Of a DNA stretch of 64,000 nucleotides, positions 11,288 to 19,754 are shown one piece after another (within the stretch, counting starts at the first letter, position 1; each line of letters begins with the position of its first letter). The position numbers and the translations under genes are program-made. This DNA is from Candidatus Spongiisociaceae bacterium (GTDB taxonomy: Bacteria > Actinomycetota > Acidimicrobiia > Spongiisociales > Spongiisociaceae): NCBI GenBank assembly GCA_965219685.1, contig CBDCOH010000002.1, forward strand, positions 3,040,001-3,104,000, in the 5' to 3' direction. Under the pieces are notes generated by a model, which had not been told where the DNA came from, did no database searches, and saw only the letters and a list, made by a program, of their open reading frames with translations.

Positions 11288-12361
11288 ATGTTGGCCACGA
11301 TGGTAGAGCACGTGATCGGAATCGATCCTGACCGGGACCGGGTCACCGCGTCGGTGGTGGACACTGCCACCACCGGAGAGCAGGCATCTGGGGTGTTTGG
11401 CGCCACCCGGGTGGGTTACGACCGTCTGCTGAAATGGGCAGGCACCCACACCCGGGTAGGTGACCGGGTGTGGTCTGTGGAAGGCACCGGCAGCTATGGA
11501 GCTGGCGTGGCCGGCTACCTTTCTGCCCGTGGTGAGTGGGTGGTGGAGTTCGGGGATCCCACCCCGACCCGCGACGGCGCCAAGACCGACGCCCTCGACG
11601 CACGGCGGGCCGCCCGCCAGGTCCTAGGCCGTGGTCGGCTGCCAGCTCCCCGCGCTCGGGGAAACCGCGAAGCGCTGCGAGTGTTGGAAACCACCCGCCG
11701 AGGAGCCCAAACAGCCAGGGTGGCGGCGATCAACGAGTTGAAAGCCCTGGTAGTAACCGCACCGGTTGGTCTGCGGGACCAACTCGGGGGCCTCACCACC
11801 GCTGGCCTGGTCGCCAAGTGCCACAGATTCCGGCTCCGAGGCGGGACCCTCACCGAGCACACCGCCACCAAGACAGCCATGCGATCTGTCGCCCGACGTA
11901 TCAAGACTCTCACCACCGAGATAGCCGAACTAACCGCGCTCATCGCCGAACTCGTCGAAACAGTCGCTCCCCACCTGGTTGACCAGCCCGGAGTCGGACC
12001 CATCACCGCCGCTCAGATCTATGTCGCCTGGTCACACCGGGGCCGCTTCCGTAACGAAGCAGCCTTCGCCCGCCTCGCCGGCGTAGCACCACTCGAGGCG
12101 TCCTCCGGACAAAACAGCCGCCACCGGCTCAACCGCCACGGCGACCGAACCCTCAACCAAGCCCTCCACACCATCGTCATCACCCGCACCCGCACCTGCC
12201 CCAAGACCCAGGCCTACATCGCTAAACGAACCGCCGAAGGCAAAACCCCCCGAGAAGCCCGACGCTGCCTCAAACGCTACATCGCCCGCCACCTCTACCG
12301 GCTCCTAGAGAACCCACCCAACCACAACACCCATACAGGACCCCCCGCCGGCAGCGGCTAA
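11288..12361 (+). CDS. IS110 bridge recombinase (intact)
   Basis: GIDPD, EGTGSYG, AKTDALDA, SSG, GDRTLN, RCLKRYIAR. Confidence 0.93.
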   Translation: MLATMVEHVIGIDPDRDRVTASVVDTATTGEQASGVFGATRVGYDRLLKWAGTHTRVGDRVWSVEGTGSYGAGVAGYLSARGEWVVEFGDPTPTRDGAKTDALDARRAARQVLGRGRLPAPRARGNREALRVLETTRRGAQTARVAAINELKALVVTAPVGLRDQLGGLTTAGLVAKCHRFRLRGGTLTEHTATKTAMRSVARRIKTLTTEIAELTALIAELVETVAPHLVDQPGVGPITAAQIYVAWSHRGRFRNEAAFARLAGVAPLEASSGQNSRHRLNRHGDRTLNQALHTIVITRTRTCPKTQAYIAKRTAEGKTPREARRCLKRYIARHLYRLLENPPNHNTHTGPPAGSG

Positions 12362-12410
12362 CCGAACCTCTCCCCACCCCCAACACCGGATTTGCACAAC
12401 ATAGAAGCAT

Positions 12411-12580
12411 CAAGGTGGTGGAGAACGGACAAAGCTCCTATTAGGTCACATCCGCTCCCCGGGCCTAGGGACCTCCCCCAAGGCCGGGAACAGGCCGACA
12501 GGTCATAGAAAAGGCACAACGGCCAGTTTGTCAATGGGTCAGACCCGCCCCGGCCAAGGGGGTCCTACCAGTATGAGTGG
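12411..12580 (-). ncRNA. Predicted bridge RNA of element A (5' part; the remainder lies at ~10985-11030)
   Basis: Same scaffold as 17215-17400; guides TTGACAAA and TTCTATGAC match A's junctions. Confidence 0.75.
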
Positions 12581-12583
12581 TTG

Positions 12584-13520
12584 TCAAATCGGCGAAGGGG
12601 CCGCCTCGTGAGTTCGGAGCCACCTCTGGTATCGGGTAGCGAGTTGGTGGTTGTGGTCTCGGCCTAGCTCAAGTGCTGAGATGCAGCTGGGGTGGGTGCT
12701 GAGAGCTCGGGCGGCCTGGGTGACGGTGATGCCGCCTTGTTGGCGTCGGGTGCGTAGCCCGGCGCAGTTCGGGGTTGGGGGCGGGTTGGTCAGGAGCCGG
12801 TAGATCTCTCGGGCGATGTGCCGCTTGAGGCAGCGGATGATCTCCCGCTTCTTCTTGCCCTCGGCCTTGCGTCGTGCCACGTAGGCTTTGGTGGCGGCGT
12901 CGTGGCGCATCCGGGTGGTAGCGATTCGCCAGAGGGCGCTGTTGGCTTGGCGGTTGCCTCCGCGGTTGAGACGATGCCGGATGGTCTGGCCTGATGACGC
13001 CTGGACGGGGCTGGTGCCGCACAGCGCAGCGAAGGACTTCTCCGATTTCATACGTCCGGGGTTGTCGCCGGCGGCGACCAGCAGAGCGGCGGCTGTGTCA
13101 GGGCCGATACCTTTGGCGGCTAGGAGAGCAGGGTTGGCCTTCGCGCAGAGGCGACGGATTTGGGCTTCGAGTTGGGTGATTTCTGTGTCGAGGGCCCGGT
13201 ATCGGCGGGCCAGGCGCCGCAGGGCACGCTTCGCATAGGCGGTGGTGGTGTGGTCTGTGCCGGGTCGGAAAGAGGCGCAGACCCGGACCCGGGCTCCGAT
13301 ATCGAGGTCCTTTAGCCGGCGTTTCACACCCTCAGGAGCGGTAACAGCCAGAGAATGGAGCTGGTTGGCAGCCTGGGTGCGGGCCTTGGTAGCGGACCGG
13401 CGGACCACCATCAGCATCCGTATGCACTCGACCGGACCATCACCAGATTTGGGAACGGCGGTAACTTGGCGGCTGGCAGCCGCCCGGGCTGCCGCCTCGG
13501 CGTCTACGCTGTCCGATCTG
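12584..13520 (-). pseudogene. IS110 element C, 5'-truncated recombinase with XRE-like C-terminus; distal right end displaced to 7760-7771
   Basis: Begins at SDSVDAEAAAR; GGNRQAN, RCLKRHIAR; ends GATTTGACAA, with the missing CATAGGAGCATC at 7771-7760. Confidence 0.85.
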
Positions 13521-13530
13521 ATACCTGTAA

Positions 13531-14265
13531 CTATGGCCCGGGTACGCCCGGTCCATAGTGAGCGTCATGGGCCTCGACCGCCGCGGCCTCCGCTGAGAGC
13601 AGCTGCCAGACCCTCCTGAGGACAACGCCGACTAACAGCGGTACGGCCAGGGCGACAAGGGATAACGGCACCAAGCCGCCGGCAATGGCCACGTCGACGC
13701 CCGGAGGCGGGTCCGCCCTGGCTACGACACCGAGCAGGGCGCAGGCCGACATCGCTGCGACCAGCAAAAGCAGGAGGGCGACCGCTTCGTCGATCATCTC
13801 CCGGATGTGGTCGGGGAGGGGTGAGCGGCCTAGAGGCACAAGCACGCCGATTCCTCCGAGGGCGGCCACCGCCCCGGCCACACCGACGGGTACGGCCACG
13901 TTGAGGCGGTCCAAGACCCCGGGGAGGCGCCCTATCTGGACGCTCGCCGAGTTGAGCGCTGCGATGAACCCCTCGTGGACGCCAGCGAGGCCGGACACGG
14001 CGGCGGCGCCCACCATCAGTAGGAGGCCACATGCCCACAAGAGCCCCAGCCACGACCACCAGCCGCCGGGTTGCTCCTGGCGGTACCGCCAGCCGAGTGT
14101 CAGAGCGGTACTCGTTGCGGCCCCGCTCAGCACGAGCCACACCGCCCACCACACTCCTGACGTCTCGGTACCCGCGTACACGAGCACCGCAGCGATCACC
14201 GCAAGCACAGGCGCAAGGTACGGGCGGAACCTCCGGTAGATGCCCCTGACGCGGTCGTAGTCCAT
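13531..14265 (-). CDS. Multi-pass membrane protein, unknown function
   Basis: About six hydrophobic segments after MDYDRVRG. Confidence 0.6.
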   Translation of the reverse strand: MDYDRVRGIYRRFRPYLAPVLAVIAAVLVYAGTETSGVWWAVWLVLSGAATSTALTLGWRYRQEQPGGWWSWLGLLWACGLLLMVGAAAVSGLAGVHEGFIAALNSASVQIGRLPGVLDRLNVAVPVGVAGAVAALGGIGVLVPLGRSPLPDHIREMIDEAVALLLLLVAAMSACALLGVVARADPPPGVDVAIAGGLVPLSLVALAVPLLVGVVLRRVWQLLSAEAAAVEAHDAHYGPGVPGP

Positions 14266-14797
14266 GCGGGGTTTCAAAGGCTTTGACCCGCGGTCAACGT
14301 CGAGGGGGCCTGCTTCGAGCTGCTGACCCTCGATGTGGCCACACCGCCACCCGGTCTGGGAGCACGGAGCGGCTGTGGAGGTGGGTTCGGCGTTGGCGCG
14401 GTGCCCGAGGTCGCGGTTGGCGGTGGCCACGCTGAGCAGCCCGAACTGGTCCAAGACTGGGTGTAACCAGTCGGTCCAGCCAACGCCGCAGTACCCCCTT
14501 GGGTAAGCCCCCATGCTCCCGCATCCCCGGTTAATAGTCCAACACCCGAGACTACGCCCCGGAGGCTCACACACACAGCCCGCGGGCGAGCAGCAGCGGG
14601 CGGCGCCGCTCCCGTCAATCCCCTGGGCATGCCCATTCCGCCGCTATCAGGGCCAGAGAGGCCTCCTCGTCCGAAAGCGTCCCGGTCTAACCGCCTAGCG
14701 CGACCCGAGCGGCGCCTTCCCTGGTCGTTGCCGCCTGAAGGCTCGCTGATCAGTTCGGTCTCGTCGGACCGTAAACGGGTGCCTAAGCATCCCACTG

Positions 14798-15055
14798 TCA
14801 CGTCTCGGTCTCTGGGAAGGCCCGGAGGTCTGCCAGTGTGCGGCCGTCCGGTACCCGCCACGCCATCCACCCGTTCGTCGCTTGTCCGCTGGCCGCGTGG
14901 GCGGCAGCCGATGGAGCGCCGTAAGTCCGGTCTCCGTGGCGGATAAGCGCTGACGGCAATAGCTCGGCGTGGTGAGTTACTCCGTGGTCGGGCCGACACC
15001 AGGTCAGAGGGACAGTGAACTCGATGTCCGGCCTCGATAGGGTGTCCGAAGACAT
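14798..15055 (-). CDS. Stand-alone RAMA/DUF4357-like modified-DNA reader domain (possibly a fragment)
   Basis: LTWCRP..G..H.A...Y.APSAAA....G...NGWMAWRVPDGRTLADLR. Confidence 0.65.
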   Translation of the reverse strand: MSSDTLSRPDIEFTVPLTWCRPDHGVTHHAELLPSALIRHGDRTYGAPSAAAHAASGQATNGWMAWRVPDGRTLADLRAFPETET

Positions 15056-15427
15056 GTTGCCATTCCGCCGGATGCTAGTAAACCGTCCCGAAGCGAGGGT
15101 TGGTGGCTCATCGGATTTCCGAAGTGCTGGGTTGGTGCGGTGCCTCGACATCAACATGGTTCTCCGCCGCCACCCCCCACAGGTCACCAACCCGAGGCTC
15201 CATTGAACCGCCGACTTGTATGTCGCTGAAGGTCCCCGTGTCTAGCGGAGAGCGTGCCCACCTAATCGGGTCAACCTCATATAGCATCCGTAACTACAGC
15301 ACAAGACGGTGCCACGCGCATGATCAGAACGCCCCACCGCCGCTGACCGCCTGCCGCGCGATGTTCCATCCCGCGGCCACCAGGACCGGAACTCAAAGGC
15401 CACCATCGGGGAACCGCACACCCGTAG

Positions 15428-15515
15428 CGTGGTACTAGAAGTGGGACTTCAATCGCCCGGTCGTCAACCAGCACACGGTCTAGCTGGCTGTTCGCCGTTT
15501 ACAGCAGCGGACAGC
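15428..15515 (+). repeat. Partial copy of dispersed ~200-bp non-coding element R
   Basis: GTGGTACTAGAAGTGGGACTTCAATCGCCCGGTC...CAGCAGCGGACAGC shared with the 23532-23720 and 56318-56503 copies. Confidence 0.8.
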
Positions 15516-15939
15516 TCTTCCGATGACGGTCAACACGGTTACTCAGAAAGTGCCGAGTCACGCTCATGCGTTTGGGCCTCGGCTAGATGGCCAAGCGACA
15601 CCAAACGTCTTGGGGTGCAGCGGGGGAAGTCCAATGGGTACGGTCCGGCCGCATTCCTACAGTGAGTCGTCCTGCTGGCCTGTGTGACTGTCTTCTCTTA
15701 GGTTGCCCTGCCTGCCAGCTGACTTGTACCGCCGCCTCGCGTTATCAGCCTTCGGATCCTACTGCCTCTTGACTCCACTCCGCGCCGGCTTCCGTGTTGG
15801 CTGTGGGTCGGACTCGGAGGGCTGGCGGATCGACTGTTGGCCGCGGGGGAAGAGGGTTGCTGGTGACCGGCCCTACAGAACCACCGCGTAGTTTTCAACC
15901 GGCCAAGTCCGCGCAACTTTCGACCGGCGTTGACACCGA

Positions 15940-16270
15940 TGTTGTCGAGCCTTTCCTGCGTGCCAGCTTCCGTGGTTGGATCTACTGCCGCGACAACCCC
16001 GACAGCTGCGTAGACACAGTCCTAGCCGCCGAACCTACACTTGGCCGCAGCCACCAGACATGGCAGATCAACGGCTCATCTGACCGTCACCGGCAGGTAG
16101 CGGCGTGATGGATGGAGCGCTATGGCAGCCGACCACTGGCGTGGCTACCAGCGCAGGGTGTTATCCAGGGAACTCTGCCGGCCGGCTCGCACCGGGCCGA
16201 CTTCGTCCAGAACGCGGTCGACGCGCTGGGGGACGAGCGACTCGATACTGTCGGAAATAACTGGCAGAGG
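15940..16270 (+). pseudogene. Fragments of an NMT1/THI5-like ABC substrate-binding protein (also ~57720-58050, minus strand)
   Basis: FLRASFRGWIYCRDNPDSCVDTVLAA.PTLG.SHQTWQ.N. Confidence 0.55.
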
Positions 16271-16492
16271 TCACAGTGCAGTCGAAACCCGGTGGCGAGT
16301 AGAAGCTCGGAGCGCCGCAGGCTCGTCACCGAGATCGAGTGACTGGAGAGAGAGGTGGCGAACATCCGGGCCGAGGTTTTGCAGCGCGCACGGACCGGTG
16401 ACCGGGAGCCGACGATAAGCGCGCCCACTTCGCGTACGAGGCGGCCGACCGAGCTGCACCGACGGCTTCGGGTCTTGTCGGCCCGGGATCGT

Positions 16493-17182
16493 TTATTGCT
16501 GACCTCGCGAAGGGCACTCAGAAGGTGGTGGATCGAGTTGGGCCTTGAGGAGAGAGGTCGATGGAAGCGTATTCGCGACGGTCTGGGCTAGTGAGCGGTA
16601 GGTACACGGTTGTACGAGGTCTCTTAGCGGGTTGAGGCCGATGGACTGTTGGCCTGGTGGAAGCTCCGCCTCGGGAGTCACGTAGAATTCCCACTGTCCG
16701 GCTTCTCGGTGGTCAGCAACGGCGTGTTCTGTTGTGCCGTGCCAGGCGAACACATAGATGTCGGCATGCCGTTGTCGTTCTGTGCTGATCGTGTGGTAGC
16801 CGCCCTCGGAGCACTTCCACGATTTGTTGCGTCCCTCAGAGCACGTCGTCCAATATGTATCGTGTGTAGCGATATCGAACGATGGGTAGGCCGGTCGATT
16901 CGTGGAGTCCGGGCTGGACCAGCTCTGGAGCCTGCTGGACTGCTTGACTTCGAGACGAGCACCGGTTCTGGCGTGTTCGAGGTCCCATGGCGCCCATGGT
17001 TCGGTAAGGCACCAGCCTTGGTCAACACTCCTTAAGATGAGCTCCACCAAGCACTCTACGTAGTCGGCACGTTTGATGTTGCTGATCAGCGGTCGGTTGT
17101 ACATGTGGTCCGCTAAGCGTTTCAGGACCTGAGTCGAGATCGTGCGTTGCTCGGTCAACTCGTGATGACTAGTCCTCGCCAT
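16493..17182 (-). CDS. PD-(D/E)XK restriction-endonuclease-like protein
   Basis: E...WDL...RLEVKQS..QSW and RHADIYVF motifs; AGGAG RBS. Confidence 0.65.
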   Translation of the reverse strand: MARTSHHELTEQRTISTQVLKRLADHMYNRPLISNIKRADYVECLVELILRSVDQGWCLTEPWAPWDLEHARTGARLEVKQSSRLQSWSSPDSTNRPAYPSFDIATHDTYWTTCSEGRNKSWKCSEGGYHTISTERQRHADIYVFAWHGTTEHAVADHREAGQWEFYVTPEAELPPGQQSIGLNPLRDLVQPCTYRSLAQTVANTLPSTSLLKAQLDPPPSECPSRGQQ

Positions 17183-17224
17183 GAGGTGATCTCCTCTCCT
17201 GAGGCTTCGCGAAAACACTCATAC

Positions 17225-17405
17225 TTGTAGGGTCCTCCTCGGCTGGGGGCCGGGTCTGACCCACGCGAAAACTGGCGTTTGGTGCCTTTCCCACGATCTG
17301 TCGACCTGGCCCTAGCCGGGAGCCCTGAACCGGGGAGCGGGGTGACCTTATAGGAGCTTCGACTTCTCCACCTTGAGTGTTCTGTCCGCCGCTCTGTCCG
17401 GCTCA
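17225..17405 (+). ncRNA. Predicted bridge RNA of element F
   Basis: Four 8-nt guides match the left flank, right flank, right end and left end, in IS621-like order. Confidence 0.85.
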
Positions 17406-17446
17406 GGGGGACTTGGAATTGTAGGCAGTTGGCGGAAGGTGGGCAC

Positions 17447-18682
17447 ATGGAAGAGCAAGATCGAGCCGATGGCATGGTTGTGGTCGGTGGGGTGGACACG
17501 CATCGGGATACCCATGTTGGGGCGGTGGTCGATAGCGCGGGTCGGCTGTTGGGATCGGCCCAGTTCCGGGCTGATACGGCCGGCTATGGGCAACTTGTCG
17601 CCTGGATGGAGTCGTGGGGTCGGATCAGCCGGGTCGGGGTGGAAGGGACTGGCAGCTACGGTGCCGGCTTGGCCCGTCACCTCACCGGCGCCGGTATCGA
17701 GGTGGTGGAGGTGAACCGTCCCAACCGCCAGCTACGCCGCCGGCGGGGCAAGGACGACCACACCGACGCCGAGGCAGCAGCTCGGGCAGCTCTGAATGGT
17801 GAAGCAACCGCGGTGCCCAAGTCCGGCGACGGGCCGGTCGAGTGGATACGGATGCTGACAGTGACGCGCCGCTCCGCCGTCAAGGCCCGCACCCAGGCCG
17901 CCAACCAACTCCATGCCTTGGTGGTTGGTGCCCCAGAGCCGATAAAAGACCAGGTAAAGGGCATGAAACTCAAAGGCCTGGTTAAGACTTGTGCCCGGTT
18001 CCGACCCAGCGGAGAGTCCTCCCTCAGCTACGCTAAGCAGGCTCTCCGCCGCCTGGCCCGCCGCTACCAGGTCCTCGACACCGAGATCGCAGAACTCGAT
18101 GTCGAGATCCGCCGCCTCTGCGCCAAGGCCAACCCGGCGCTCCTAGCCGCCGACGGCGTCGGCCCCGACACAGTCGCCAAGCTCCTAGTCGCAGCCGGCG
18201 ACAACCCCCAGCGCATGAAATCGGAACGATCCTTCGCTGCGCTGTGCGGTGTCAGCCCTGTGCAGGCGTCATCTGGGCGAAGGGTTCGGCATCGTCTCAG
18301 CCGAGGCGGCAACCGCCAAGCAAACAGCGCCCTGTGGCGGATCGCTACCAACCGGATGCGGACCGACCCCGCCACCCAAGAATACGTCGCCAGACGAGAG
18401 GCTGAGGGCAAAAAGCGAACCGAGATCATCCGCTGCCTCAAGCGGCACATCGCCCGAGAAACCTACCGGCTCCTCACCAACCCGCCACCAACCCCGAACT
18501 GCGCCCGGCTACGCAGCCGACGCCAACAACGCGGAATCACCGTCACCGAGGCCGCCCGAACTCTCGGAACCTACCCCAGCCGCATCTCAGCACTCGAGCT
18601 AGGCCGAGACCACAACCACCAACTCGCTACCCGATACCAGAGGTGGCTCCGAACCCACGAACCGGCCCCATCGCCGATTTGA
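17447..18682 (+). CDS. IS110 bridge recombinase with C-terminal XRE-like HTH
   Basis: GGVDTH, EGTGSYG, KDDHTDA, SSG, GGNRQAN; C-terminus GITVTEAARTLGTYPSRISALELG. Confidence 0.93.
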   Translation: MEEQDRADGMVVVGGVDTHRDTHVGAVVDSAGRLLGSAQFRADTAGYGQLVAWMESWGRISRVGVEGTGSYGAGLARHLTGAGIEVVEVNRPNRQLRRRRGKDDHTDAEAAARAALNGEATAVPKSGDGPVEWIRMLTVTRRSAVKARTQAANQLHALVVGAPEPIKDQVKGMKLKGLVKTCARFRPSGESSLSYAKQALRRLARRYQVLDTEIAELDVEIRRLCAKANPALLAADGVGPDTVAKLLVAAGDNPQRMKSERSFAALCGVSPVQASSGRRVRHRLSRGGNRQANSALWRIATNRMRTDPATQEYVARREAEGKKRTEIIRCLKRHIARETYRLLTNPPPTPNCARLRSRRQQRGITVTEAARTLGTYPSRISALELGRDHNHQLATRYQRWLRTHEPAPSPI

Positions 18683-18731
18683 CAAACATAGGAGCATCGT
18701 GGGGTAGGGCTGCTGTTGTCGGTGCGGGGGC

Positions 18732-18890
18732 TCATGTTACGAGAACTCCTCGGGCTGCGAAGTTGTTGGTGTTGGTGAAGCCGTGAGCGACTCGGCGTAG
18801 GACCTGGAGCAAGTTGTTGATCCCTTCGATGGGTCCGTTGGTTGCTGGTCTGCTGCGGTGGTAGGCGAGGATTCCTTCTCCCCATGCACC
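18732..18890 (-). pseudogene. ISL3 transposase C-terminal fragment
   Basis: TNGPIEGINNL...RRVAHGFTN. Confidence 0.8.
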
Positions 18891-19092
18891 CATGTCCGCA
18901 TGGACAACAGCGCCGGTCGTCGTTACGACGACCGCAAGATCAACGAGGGCAAAACCCACAAAGCAGCAATTAACGATGCCTCAAACGCAAGATCGCATCA
19001 CGCGTCTGGCGCCTCATGCCCGCCGACGAACACCACCGATCCAGTGTCGCCAGAGCGCAACCAAAGGCCGCTTGACAAACACAGAGGCACCC
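18891..19092 (+). pseudogene. IS110 C-terminal fragment with right end
   Basis: GRRY..RKINEGKTHKAA, CLKRKIAS; right end TTGACAAACACAGAGGCA. Confidence 0.6.
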
Positions 19093-19754
19093 CGGGTATC
19101 ACCCGAGTTTCCGGCAAACCCGGGGCAGTGCATCGGTCATCGTTGAAATGCTGACCACCTGAGGGGGGAGTTGGCCCGGGAGGGGTCGCGGTGCCCCGAC
19201 GGTTGGTCAAGTGTCTCAAGGTGTTGGACAGGCGGCGCAAACGGGTCACAGACCTGTAGGTGAGCGGCCAGCGCACCAACTCTGGTATGGCGCCGCCGGT
19301 TCGGCTGAGAAGCTGTCGCGACCGGCACTAACGCGGCCAGGCTGTGAGTGGGGGAAGCTTGGGGCCTTGGCGGCTGTTTACTCCGTCGGGGACAGCGTGT
19401 ACGGGGTGGTCGAGTGGGAAACCGAAGGCGTTCGGCTAGTGGTCACCGCCGACTTTGTCGGCCTATGCGGCCCGCTCCGCCCCCGTACCCCGTTCCCGGC
19501 TGGCGGAGTGGGTAGCCTCAGGGGGATGTCACGAGCCGAGGGGGTGCCCTGTCGTCCCCTCTCGATCGGACTTCAGCGAATGCACCCACCCGAAACCATT
19601 CGGTGGTCTCCCAGCGGTGCTCCGATCGCTCCGGCGGCGGGGAACTATCCGCCGGGGTGTGTAGAGCCCGCGTGGGCGAGGGTGCTTGGCGTGGGCCGGA
19701 TACCGGCTCGGTGGGTACTTATGTGGCCTTACGTGCTTGGGCCTCACAGCACAA

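Larger units (their letters stand above)
11031..12410 (+). mobile_element. IS110 element B (intact), inserted in the bridge RNA of element A
   Basis: TC core at both junctions; flanks rejoin to CAGAACACTCAAGGTGG; right end TTGCACAACATAGAAGCATC. Confidence 0.85.
7772..12580 (-). mobile_element. IS110 element A, interrupted by IS1634 and by IS110 element B
   Basis: Left end CACTCATACT at ~12580 and right end TTGCACAATATAGGAGCGT at 7790-7772 (minus strand). Its flanks rejoin into the right end of IS110 element C. Confidence 0.85.
15552..17200. repeat. ~1.65-kb near-identical inverted duplication, copy 1 (copy 2 at 56790-58440)
   Basis: Identical ORF translations on opposite strands. Confidence 0.95.
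17215..18696 (+). mobile_element. IS110 element F (intact)
   Basis: Left end ACACTCATACT, right end TTGACAAACATAGGAGCA; junctions match its own guides. Confidence 0.92.
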
